NCBI GenBank assembly: GCA_964385055.1
Contig: CAYLMH010000001.1
Location: forward strand, 30,111 to 94,110
DNA: 64,000 bases
Source of the DNA: an uncultured Methanosarcinales archaeon
GTDB taxonomy: Archaea; Nanobdellota; Nanobdellia; Woesearchaeales; DSVV01
Reading direction: 5' to 3'
Part shown: one piece after another, positions 20,624 to 29,665 of the stretch
Position numbering within the stretch: position 1 is the stretch's first letter
How the letters are laid out: every line of letters starts with the position of its first letter
The notes under the pieces: generated by a model
What the model saw: only the letters and a program-made list of their open reading frames with translations
Told to the model about the DNA's origin: nothing
Databases searched by the model: none
Made by a program: the position numbers and the translations under genes

Positions 20624-21583
20624 ATGCGAATACTCGTCACAGGGGGATGCGGTTTTATTGGCAGTGAAGTAGTCAAACAACTGCTCCAAAAAGGACATCA
20701 TGTCATAGTTCTAGACAATCTCAGCAAACCAGAAAGCTCGATCAAAGAAGGATATGAATTCCGAAAAGTGGATCTCAACGATAAGCTTGCAACAGAAAAA
20801 GCGTTTGCAGGAGCAGATATCTGCATTCATCTTGCTGCAAAGATTGGAGGCATTGGCTATTTTCATAAATATCCTGCAACAATTCTGAGTGAAAATAACA
20901 AAATGTATTCTTCTGTGTTTGAAGCAGCAGTAAAAAACAAGCTCAAGCGCATGGTCTATGTTTCCTCGTCAATGGTCTTTGAATCCGCAACACAATTTCC
21001 AAGCAAAGAAGAAGACACAAAACTCATTCCACCGCCAGTTTCAGCGTATGGCTTTTCCAAGCTCATTGGTGAATGGTATTGCTACTCCTTTTGGGATGAG
21101 TACAAACTTCCCTACTCGATTTGCCGACCATTTAATGCGTATGGTATTAATGAATTTCCTGGTCAAGAAATTGGCTACGCACATGTTATTCCTGATCTAG
21201 TAAAAAAGATCCTCAACGGCCAACATCCATTGGAAATGCTTGGTGATGGTCAGCAGACACGCTGCTTTACGCACGTGAGCGACATCGCAAATGGAATTAT
21301 TACAGTCGCGCTTTCTCCAAAAGCAGAAAATCAGGATTTTAACGTCGCAAGCCCAGAAGAAACAAAGATGATTGAACTTGCAGAAAAGATATGGAGAATC
21401 TGCGGGAGAAAAGAACCATTCCAAGTCAAACATGTGGAGGGATTCAAATACGACATTAAGCGCAGAGTTCCTGATACAACAAAGATAGCGAAAGTGCTCA
21501 ACTGGAAACCACAAGTGGAATTCGAAGACGGATTGCGTGAAGTGGTAACGTGGTTAAAAAAAGAACTCGAAAAAAAGAAGTAA
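20624..21583 (+). CDS. NAD-dependent nucleotide-sugar epimerase/dehydratase (SDR, GalE/WbpP-like)
   Basis: MRILVTGGCGFIGSEVVKQL and catalytic YGFSKLIGE (YxxxK). Confidence 0.85.
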   Translation: MRILVTGGCGFIGSEVVKQLLQKGHHVIVLDNLSKPESSIKEGYEFRKVDLNDKLATEKAFAGADICIHLAAKIGGIGYFHKYPATILSENNKMYSSVFEAAVKNKLKRMVYVSSSMVFESATQFPSKEEDTKLIPPPVSAYGFSKLIGEWYCYSFWDEYKLPYSICRPFNAYGINEFPGQEIGYAHVIPDLVKKILNGQHPLEMLGDGQQTRCFTHVSDIANGIITVALSPKAENQDFNVASPEETKMIELAEKIWRICGRKEPFQVKHVEGFKYDIKRRVPDTTKIAKVLNWKPQVEFEDGLREVVTWLKKELEKKK

Positions 21584-21614
21584 GGAAAGAGCGGGAAAAG
21601 AAGGAAAAGTAAAA

Positions 21615-22358
21615 ATGAAAGAAGAAAAAAACAAGCAAAAAACAGAACAAGAAACAAAAATGCTTCCAGAAATCAGTGTTATCATCGCGTCATTCAATGA
21701 AGAAAGAAACATTAGAGAAACAATTCAGCGTGTGTACAAGACAATGCCAAACTGTGAACTGATTCTTGTCGAAGGCGGTACAGACAAAACAATAGAAATT
21801 GCAGAAGAAGAAAAGAAAAAACATCCAAGCATGATTATTATTCACAATAAAGAAGACAAAGGAAAAGGACAAGCAATTAGAGTGGGAATTGCTGCAGCGA
21901 CAAAACCAATCATGGCACAAGTGGATGCGGACTCACAGTTTCCTCCTGAAGAACTCCCTGGACTCATAAAACCAATTCTCGAGAAAAAAGCAGATATTGT
22001 TTTCGCGTCACGATTTGTCAAAGGATCAACGATCGAAGACGGATCACTCACCAGAATGCGAAGACTTGCAAACTATGTGGTTTCAGGATTCACTTCCCTA
22101 CTCTGCGGAACGCGATTGACAGACGTAAATGCAGGATTTAAGGCGTGGAAAAGCGACGTCATCAGAGATATTGACATGCAGTGCAATCATTTTGGCTATG
22201 AACCAGAAATTGCAATTATGGCTGCAAAAAAAGGCTATACAATCATCGAAACACCGGTAAATTACAAAGGAAGACAGCGGGGAATCTCCAACGTCAAATT
22301 ATTGAGAGATGGAATCATTATTCCCATCTTCCTCCTCAAAACAAAATTCTTCAGGTAA
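21615..22358 (+). CDS. GT2 glycosyltransferase (DPM1-like)
   Basis: ISVIIASFNEERNI..LILVEGGTDKT..VDADSQF are GT2 signatures. The true start may be the internal M at 21660. Confidence 0.85.
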   Translation: MKEEKNKQKTEQETKMLPEISVIIASFNEERNIRETIQRVYKTMPNCELILVEGGTDKTIEIAEEEKKKHPSMIIIHNKEDKGKGQAIRVGIAAATKPIMAQVDADSQFPPEELPGLIKPILEKKADIVFASRFVKGSTIEDGSLTRMRRLANYVVSGFTSLLCGTRLTDVNAGFKAWKSDVIRDIDMQCNHFGYEPEIAIMAAKKGYTIIETPVNYKGRQRGISNVKLLRDGIIIPIFLLKTKFFR

Positions 22359-22370
22359 TGTTTAGAGAAC

Positions 22371-23123
22371 ATGGAAAAGAAAACACAGAACAAAGAAGCT
22401 GAGAAAGAGTTCTTTGATAATGCGCTCAGCGAATCGCCATGGACAACGTTTAACGCAAACGGACAAAAACAGATATTCAAATTGTTTGAAGAAAACGTCA
22501 AGCCAAGAAAAGGAGAAATAGCGCTGGACATGGGTTGTGGCACAGGAGAATTTTCTGAACGACTAGAAGAGTATGGTTTGCAAGTCACAGGAATGGATAT
22601 TTCAAAGAAAGCAATAGAACTATGCAAAGAAAAGTACAAAGAAAAAAAGAATATGCATTTTGAAGTGCAGGATATTGAAAAAACAACGTGGAAAGATGAA
22701 TCTGCGGACATTATCTTTTTCGGAGGAGTCCTCCATCACTTTCCGCACAGAGAAAAAGTCTTCAAAGAGGCATTTCGCATTCTAAAAAAAGGGGGAAGAA
22801 TATTCGCCTTTGACCCGCATTATTATAACCTTATCATCTGGACATATCGAGAATTGCTGGGAGTAAAAACACAAAAGACAGAGAACGAAGTCCTCATAAA
22901 ACCAGAAGAAATAAGGAAGGAACTCACCAGTGCAGGGTTTACGCAGATTAATGCAAAAGGAACAGCGAATATCACATTTGATATGCGCTACTTCAAGAAG
23001 CTTGTTCCATTCCCCTTATATTACGGAGCGTACATCTACAATGGCATTGAACGAGGAATACACAGCATCAAACCACTAGAAGAAAAGTATGGCTCATTTG
23101 CAATAACGTATGCAAGAAAATAG
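22371..23123 (+). CDS. Class I SAM-dependent methyltransferase
   Basis: ALDMGCGTGEFSERL motif I, ILKKGGRIFAF. Confidence 0.85.
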   Translation: MEKKTQNKEAEKEFFDNALSESPWTTFNANGQKQIFKLFEENVKPRKGEIALDMGCGTGEFSERLEEYGLQVTGMDISKKAIELCKEKYKEKKNMHFEVQDIEKTTWKDESADIIFFGGVLHHFPHREKVFKEAFRILKKGGRIFAFDPHYYNLIIWTYRELLGVKTQKTENEVLIKPEEIRKELTSAGFTQINAKGTANITFDMRYFKKLVPFPLYYGAYIYNGIERGIHSIKPLEEKYGSFAITYARK

Positions 23124-23134
23124 AGACAATAAAG

Positions 23135-25141
23135 ATGGAGAAGAAACAAAAAATATGGTTAAAAATAATCTTCATACTAGTTTTACTCACGTTTGTTTTG
23201 TATAGAACAGAAGAGTATTTTGGCTGGATAGGATATAGAGAAACATGGACAACATGTATTGATTATATTCAAGAAGGAACCTTATGGAGTGGTCAACCGC
23301 ATTGCGAAGGTGCGCTAGTTCCTTTTTATGTGATTTATGAATTAGATAACATTTTCGGCAGGGAATATGTCCAAAAAGCAACAATCGTATTATCGACAAT
23401 GATTGCATTGTTATTTTTCTGGGTTTTTTGGAAAACAGCAAAGAAAGAAGGGCTTGAAAATGATTTTTTTCTCCCTGCAGTGTTGTTTGGCTTGCTTTTT
23501 TATATAAACACGATCACAAATGTTGAAGCAGTTCTAAACAGCTTCTTTTTTTTCTCCGCATACTATATATTATTTTTTACAGAACATCGCTGGAAATATT
23601 ATGAAACAGGAGTGCTTTTGTTACTTGCTCTTTTGTCAAAAATAAATGTCATTATTCAAATAGTATTTTTACTCTTTTGGTACGGATATGAAAAGAAGCT
23701 TTGGCATTTTGAAGAGGGAAAACTAAAGATACAGTTAAAGAGAGAAATTCTCTGGGGATATGCGCAGATTTTCACCCCAATATTTATAGGGTTTTTGCTT
23801 GCGATGAGAATGTATAAATATTTCTGGATATATGCATGGCAGGTCTTTACAAAGCAAAATATTGCATTATCGTTTCTCCAAACAACAAAAGAAATGTTTT
23901 TGTTTGACATAACAAAAACAGATATTATATATATTGTCGTGTTAATGACCGCACTCATCTGCACATATTTATTTTGGAAAGAGAAGAAGTTTTATACATT
24001 GATGAGTGGCCCTGTATTTCTGCTTGCAATCTTTCTCATTATCCGCGCGTTTGGCATTCAATTTGCAACAGGAGTAAGATATTGGTCTGTTATATTCCCC
24101 TTCGCGATTTTAAGTATTTTAAAGGTAAAAGAAACATGGACAAAAGCACCGCTAAAACAAGTGATGTATGGATTTCTCATAATAATTATAGTATTCCCTG
24201 GACTCTATGAAGGTCCATTTTTATTGAAAGATGACTTGAGTTATGTGGATAGTATAAACATTATTGACAAAGCAACAGAAGGATGGAAAGAAAAGGATGC
24301 CCTCATCAAAGAGATCCATTATGGATATAGTATTGTCCCAGAGCAAGAGGAGAGAATTTTATTAGAAGATGATCCTGCTGGATTTAAAAGAAAGATCATT
24401 TCTTTTGGATCAAATATCCCTTATGAAAAAGTGGATTTTCTTACAAAAAAATATATGGAGTCACATCCGGATATATGGGGTTTTCCACGATACCAAGAGT
24501 TACTCGGAGAAAATCTGATATATGAACCAACATCAGAAAATCTTAATGAAAGAGAGCAGGACGTAATCAAAAAGATTGAGAATGGAACGTATAGTTTAAT
24601 CATTTTAGGACCACCAGAATGGGCAATTTCTGAAAAAATACTGGCAAATGTGAAGAATGAAACATTAAGCGAGTATTGTCAAGTCCTTGTCCCAAATAAT
24701 GTGTGGTTAACAGAAGGAGGTTGGCATTTTAGTTATTTCTTTTTTAAAGATCAAAACCATTGTGGTGAGATGCTGGAGAAAATGACGATTTATTTCAGCA
24801 CGCATTTTCAAGAGATCTGTACAAAAGATAAGACAACAGCAAATATGATTACACAAGTAATGCTGCAAAACGAAATGAATTTTAACATGGCATGCAGTGA
24901 TGGAGGAAGTGCGTTAGAAGCGCTCAAAACAGGAAAAGCGATAAAGAAAGTTGAAATTCTTTTGATGCTGATACTATTTGCGTTGCCAAGTATATATGGA
25001 GCGTATAAAGAAGAAGATAAAGAAAGAAGAAGAAAATTATGTATAATTTTGTTTATCTTATTGATTATATTTATACTTGTTATATCACTCATGAATGCAG
25101 AAATATCATTTAAGAGCGGAATTGTACAAGCAATTCAATAA
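23135..25141 (+). CDS. Large polytopic membrane protein, family A paralog (GT-C-like candidate)
   Basis: Motif TCIDYIQEGTLWSGQPHCEGALVPFYVIYE, many TM segments, a central and C-terminal soluble region, and a final TM helix. Confidence 0.55.
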   Translation: MEKKQKIWLKIIFILVLLTFVLYRTEEYFGWIGYRETWTTCIDYIQEGTLWSGQPHCEGALVPFYVIYELDNIFGREYVQKATIVLSTMIALLFFWVFWKTAKKEGLENDFFLPAVLFGLLFYINTITNVEAVLNSFFFFSAYYILFFTEHRWKYYETGVLLLLALLSKINVIIQIVFLLFWYGYEKKLWHFEEGKLKIQLKREILWGYAQIFTPIFIGFLLAMRMYKYFWIYAWQVFTKQNIALSFLQTTKEMFLFDITKTDIIYIVVLMTALICTYLFWKEKKFYTLMSGPVFLLAIFLIIRAFGIQFATGVRYWSVIFPFAILSILKVKETWTKAPLKQVMYGFLIIIIVFPGLYEGPFLLKDDLSYVDSINIIDKATEGWKEKDALIKEIHYGYSIVPEQEERILLEDDPAGFKRKIISFGSNIPYEKVDFLTKKYMESHPDIWGFPRYQELLGENLIYEPTSENLNEREQDVIKKIENGTYSLIILGPPEWAISEKILANVKNETLSEYCQVLVPNNVWLTEGGWHFSYFFFKDQNHCGEMLEKMTIYFSTHFQEICTKDKTTANMITQVMLQNEMNFNMACSDGGSALEALKTGKAIKKVEILLMLILFALPSIYGAYKEEDKERRRKLCIILFILLIIFILVISLMNAEISFKSGIVQAIQ

Positions 25142-25211
25142 ACAAAAGGAATGGGAAGAGTAAAGAACACATTTTCATAAGCTTTAAGAAAGAAAAAGGA
25201 GAAACAAGAAT

Positions 25212-26012
25212 ATGGAGGAAAAAATTTCTGCGTTTGTCATCACAAAAAATGAAGAAGAGAAGATAGAAAACTGTTTGAACCACCTCCTTTGGGCAGATGA
25301 AATTATTATTCTTGACAGTAAAAGCACAGATAATACAGTCAAAAAAGCAAGAAAATATACAAAGAAAGTGTTTAGTAGGGAATTTGATGGGTATGGTGCA
25401 CAGAAACAAGCAGCAATTGACAAATGCACAAACAACTGGATTCTAGAAGTTGACGCTGATGAAATAGTAACAAAAGAATTACAAGAAGAAATAATAAAAT
25501 TGAAACAGAGTCAAGAAATAAATAAGTATGCAGGATACACAATACAAAGACAAGAATATTTTTTAAACAAAAAACTAATGGTATCAAAAATACCACGATT
25601 ATATAAGAAAGAAAATGTAAGATACAAAGGATACATTCACGAGAAGCTGGATATTAAAGGAAGTATTGGACACCTAAAAAAGAAGATAGAACATGAATCA
25701 GATAAGTATGAATCAATTGCAAAAAGAGTGGAAAAAATAAATGAATACACAAAAAAAGAAGCAGAGCATAAAATAAAAGAACAACAATGGACAACAGCAA
25801 AAGTGCTCCTAAACATGATAATAATCCCTGAATGCTATTTTCTATGGTTTTACTTGCGAAAGGCATTAATTTTAAAAGGATATAGGGGACTTATTTGGTC
25901 ATTACTTACAGCATACTACCATTTCTTAATCTACGCAAAGTTATATGAGTATATTTATAAAGCAAAAGAAGCATCCAACTCGAGGAAATACAATGAAAAA
26001 AATCAAAATTGA
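25212..26012 (+). CDS. GT2 glycosyltransferase, WaaE/KdtX-like
   Basis: ISAFVITKNEEEKIENCLNHLLWADEIIILDSKSTDNT is the pattern of LPS-core-type GT2 (WaaE-like). Confidence 0.75.
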   Translation: MEEKISAFVITKNEEEKIENCLNHLLWADEIIILDSKSTDNTVKKARKYTKKVFSREFDGYGAQKQAAIDKCTNNWILEVDADEIVTKELQEEIIKLKQSQEINKYAGYTIQRQEYFLNKKLMVSKIPRLYKKENVRYKGYIHEKLDIKGSIGHLKKKIEHESDKYESIAKRVEKINEYTKKEAEHKIKEQQWTTAKVLLNMIIIPECYFLWFYLRKALILKGYRGLIWSLLTAYYHFLIYAKLYEYIYKAKEASNSRKYNEKNQN

Positions 26013-26598
26013 ATATCATAAAGGAAAGTGTATTGGCGCGTTTAATTGCACAAATATTGCTCCTGCGTTCTTCAAAGAACAAGGCACGAAAGCGGATCTT
26101 CTTGGCGCAATAACAGAGAAAGGCTATCAAACATTGGATGTGGAATGTGATAACGAAACTGCTGCGCAGATTATAGAGGCTGCGGAAAAATGCCCTGCAA
26201 ATGTCATTAATGTGATTGACAAAACAGCAAACCAAAAAGTAGTGGATACCACAATAAAAATAAAAGAAGATATAAGAGAAATTAAAGCAGAATATGATGA
26301 CAGAAAAGAATTTGTGCTCGATGAAAAAGGATATTTTTTAATTCGAATTGTTCCTGAAAAAAAGATGATAGAAATTGGGTTCTGTGGAAAAAGAAACACG
26401 ATAGAAGTAAAAGTGCATGGAAAAACACCTATTGAAATATACCAAACAGTACTGAAGGAAAAAATAATTGACAGAGCAGATCACGCAGCATATTTAGGGA
26501 GAGAATTGCAAAAAGCGTATACAGCACTTCAATTAGGAATACCTTATGTACAAGATGATGAGCTCGATCTCGAGCACCTAAAGAAAAAAGGGACATAA
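25993..26598 (+). CDS. Ferredoxin-like (divergent Cys-motif) domain fused to an uncharacterized alpha/beta domain
   Basis: MKKIKIEYHKGKCIGAFNCTNIAPAFF....ECDNETAAQIIEAAEKCPANVI has a mono-cluster ferredoxin layout (C-x5-C...C...CP). The start was placed at the ATG 25993, overlapping the upstream GT2 by ~20 nt. The stop lies 2 nt before the radical SAM start. Confidence 0.55.
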   Translation: MKKIKIEYHKGKCIGAFNCTNIAPAFFKEQGTKADLLGAITEKGYQTLDVECDNETAAQIIEAAEKCPANVINVIDKTANQKVVDTTIKIKEDIREIKAEYDDRKEFVLDEKGYFLIRIVPEKKMIEIGFCGKRNTIEVKVHGKTPIEIYQTVLKEKIIDRADHAAYLGRELQKAYTALQLGIPYVQDDELDLEHLKKKGT

Positions 26599-26600
26599 TA

Positions 26601-27977
26601 ATGAAAGTTCTCTTAATATTTCCACCACAAAATCTCGAAGCGAGATACAGCCATAACATGGGTAATGTTGGCGGTTTTCTTCCGCCTTTAGGCCTCTGTT
26701 ATATGGCAGCAGTGCTCGAAAAAGAAAACCATGAAGTCCGCATCATGGATTGTCCAGTGAATGATTACAGAATCAACCATATTCTTGATGAAGTGCGATC
26801 GTTTAAGCCAGATGTTGTGGGAACAGCAGCAATTACCTCGCTTGCAGAAGTCACCAAAGGAATATGCGCTGCGATAAAAAAAGAAGCGCCAGGCACCACA
26901 ATTATGGTAGGTGGTCCACATGCGTCCATCATGCCAAAGGAAGTTGCAGAAACAATGGACGTGGATATTGTTCTTGTTGAAGAAGCAGATGGAAGAATTG
27001 CAGAAATTGTTGCAGATCTTCCAAAATATAAAGAAATGAAAATAGTGCAGTGCGGAAAAGTAAAAGACCTCAATACATTGCCATATCCCGCGCGCCATTT
27101 AGTGGATATGAGCAAATATACAAGCTTGCCAAATACCTACAAAACATCACCAAACGTATTCCAGATGGTCACCTCACGAGGCTGTCCATATACCTGCACA
27201 TTTTGTTTTGACGCAAAAGGCACGTTCAGACAGCGATCAGTAGAAAATGTGATTGGAGAACTCAAATTGCTCCAAAAAGAGTATGGCATCAAAGAAGTCG
27301 CGTTTTGGGATGACATCATGACCTTAAACAAAAAATGGATGCATGATTTCTGTGATGCAGTGGAAAAAGAATTACCAGGACTAGTCTGGAGCTGTTACAC
27401 ACGATTAAATCTCGTGGATAAACCATTGCTTGTGCACATGAAAAAAGCAGGATGTTGGAATATTTTCTTTGGTATTGAAGCAGGAGATCAAGAACTCCTT
27501 GACAATATGAAAAAGCTCATGACTCTCGATCAAATGCGACAAGCAGTCAAGTGGGTACAAGAAGCTGGCATTGAAATTAGAGGCTCGTTTATGATTGGTC
27601 TTCCTGGAGAAACACCAGAAAAAGCGAGAAAAACAATTGACTTTGCGATTGAATTAGAACCAGATTATGCACAATTTTCTATTACCACTCCGTATCCAGG
27701 AACAGAACTTTGGAATACCTATGAAAAATGGGGAACACTGGACAAATCATTCAAGGATTATCATGGCTGGTCCCCAGTCTTCGTTCCGAATGGGTATAAA
27801 GACAGAAAAGAATTAATGGATATTCACAAAGAAGCGTTTCGAAGATTCTACATGCGTCCCAAGTATGTTGCAAGAAGAATTGCAAAAATCAGAACATGGG
27901 ATGACATCAAACGCTATGCAATTGGCGCGCGCGTTGTTTTCGGAATGTTAGGCAGAGAGAAAACGAGTGGACACTAA
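26601..27977 (+). CDS. Cobalamin-binding (class B) radical SAM protein (third paralog)
   Basis: MKVLLIFPPQ B12-domain N-terminus and SRGCPYTCTFCFD CxxxCxxC motif. Confidence 0.85.
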   Translation: MKVLLIFPPQNLEARYSHNMGNVGGFLPPLGLCYMAAVLEKENHEVRIMDCPVNDYRINHILDEVRSFKPDVVGTAAITSLAEVTKGICAAIKKEAPGTTIMVGGPHASIMPKEVAETMDVDIVLVEEADGRIAEIVADLPKYKEMKIVQCGKVKDLNTLPYPARHLVDMSKYTSLPNTYKTSPNVFQMVTSRGCPYTCTFCFDAKGTFRQRSVENVIGELKLLQKEYGIKEVAFWDDIMTLNKKWMHDFCDAVEKELPGLVWSCYTRLNLVDKPLLVHMKKAGCWNIFFGIEAGDQELLDNMKKLMTLDQMRQAVKWVQEAGIEIRGSFMIGLPGETPEKARKTIDFAIELEPDYAQFSITTPYPGTELWNTYEKWGTLDKSFKDYHGWSPVFVPNGYKDRKELMDIHKEAFRRFYMRPKYVARRIAKIRTWDDIKRYAIGARVVFGMLGREKTSGH

Positions 27978-28017
27978 GTCCACAAGATTTTTAAACCAAA
28001 AGCCGCTTTCTCCGACT

Positions 28018-28974
28018 ATGAAAGAGAAAAAGGCAATTGCAGAATTAACGTTGTTTTTTCCTGCATATAATGAAGAAGAAAATATTAGTGTATGCATTGA
28101 AAAAGCAAAAAATGCTGCAGAGAAGTATACAGAAAAGTGGGAAATTCTTGTAGTAGTATATGAAGGATCCATAGATAAAACAAAAGAAATTGTCAAAGAA
28201 TATGGGGAAAAAGACAAAAGAATAAAGCTTGTTATTCAACCAAAAGAAAGAAAAGGCGTTGGAGCAGCCTATCAAATTGGATTTGAAAAAGCAAGATATA
28301 ATACGATCTTCTACTGTGATTCAGACAACCAGTTTGATCCTGATGAAATAAAGAGATTTCTTCCATATATAGAAGAGTATGATATTATCGCAGGGTATAG
28401 GATAAATAGGCAAGATCCAAAAGGAAGAATTTGGACATCAAGAATTTACAATTTTTTTTTGAGACAGATATTTCCCATCAAAGAAAAGGATGTGGATTGT
28501 GCGTTTAGATTGGTTAAAAAAGAAATATTTGAAAAAATAAAGATAGTATCAACAACAGGACTTATGACCGCAGAAATGCTCACGAAGGCAAGAATTGCAG
28601 GATATAAAATTACGCAAGTAGGTGTTTCTCATTATCCTCGAGTTGCAGGAGAAGCACGATTTGAGATGCCTGCTGGTTTAAATGTTCCTAAACCAAAAGT
28701 AGTGTGGGAGATTCTTAAAGAGATTCTTGCATTACGAGAAGAAATAAAAGCGTTTAAAGCAATGTATGCGTATAAAGTAGTATCAAGAAAAAGAAAAGGA
28801 ATAACTGCACTATATTACACATTCAGAAACACACTTCTTATCTTTTGGAATGCAGTGTTATGGAGAAGATGCCCTGTTTGTCATGCGGCAATTCAAGAAA
28901 AAGATCATCCAGAAGACCTTACACAATATGGAATTTGCACAAACCAAACATGTGCATGGGGAAAAGGAAAATGA
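28018..28974 (+). CDS. GT2 glycosyltransferase (DPM1-like) with a C-terminal Cys-rich zinc-ribbon-like tail
   Basis: LTLFFPAYNEEENI..VVVYEGSIDKT..CDSDNQFDP are GT2 signatures. The tail is WRRCPVCHAAIQEKDHPEDLTQYGICTNQTCAWGKGK. ATG at 28018. Confidence 0.8.
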   Translation: MKEKKAIAELTLFFPAYNEEENISVCIEKAKNAAEKYTEKWEILVVVYEGSIDKTKEIVKEYGEKDKRIKLVIQPKERKGVGAAYQIGFEKARYNTIFYCDSDNQFDPDEIKRFLPYIEEYDIIAGYRINRQDPKGRIWTSRIYNFFLRQIFPIKEKDVDCAFRLVKKEIFEKIKIVSTTGLMTAEMLTKARIAGYKITQVGVSHYPRVAGEARFEMPAGLNVPKPKVVWEILKEILALREEIKAFKAMYAYKVVSRKRKGITALYYTFRNTLLIFWNAVLWRRCPVCHAAIQEKDHPEDLTQYGICTNQTCAWGKGK

Positions 28975-29660
28975 GTTCTAATATTAAAAAGACAAAAGAA
29001 TATTTTGATGCAAACCCAACCCATTTCAAGAATGCAGTGGAAGAATATCCTATTATGTATAGGGAAGCAGCTGAACGAATTAACAAATATATCAGAGGAA
29101 TAGTCTTAGACATAGGGAGTGGCGGAATTATTAATTATGATGTGAAAAAAGCAAAAATAGTGATATTAGCAGATATAACAAGCGCAAATAGAGATCGTGC
29201 GAGAAAAAATATTGTTTTCATTAATAGTGATATAAGACGACTAGGAATAGAGAGAGAAAAGATGGATATAGTTGTCATGCAACATCTTTTACATCATCTT
29301 GCGGATAATACACTAAAGAAAACACTCTATAATTTAAAACAAGGAATGAAAGAAACAAATAGAGTAGTAAAAAAAGGAGGGAAGATAATCATTATAGAAG
29401 GATGTGTTCCTCCCTTTTTCGATTACCTGCAACGCATATTGTTTCCCATAAACAGAAAATTGTATAAGTGGATATTCTCATTCCCAATGGTTCTTCAATA
29501 TTCACGAGAGAAGATTGTGAAAGAACTCAAAAAAGCAGGGTTTGCAATAGAATCTGTTGAAGTAATAAAAGATGGAGATGTGCTTCCGATATTTGGATTG
29601 AATCTTCCTCGAAAGTATATTCCGTTAAAGCATTATTGTATTATCGCAAGAAAAAGCTAG
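28971..29660 (+). CDS. Class I SAM-dependent methyltransferase
   Basis: VLDIGSGGIINYD motif I and VKKGGKIIIIEG. The start ATG at 28971 overlaps the upstream stop (ATGA). Confidence 0.7.
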   Translation: MSSNIKKTKEYFDANPTHFKNAVEEYPIMYREAAERINKYIRGIVLDIGSGGIINYDVKKAKIVILADITSANRDRARKNIVFINSDIRRLGIEREKMDIVVMQHLLHHLADNTLKKTLYNLKQGMKETNRVVKKGGKIIIIEGCVPPFFDYLQRILFPINRKLYKWIFSFPMVLQYSREKIVKELKKAGFAIESVEVIKDGDVLPIFGLNLPRKYIPLKHYCIIARKS

Positions 29661-29665
29661 AGAAG

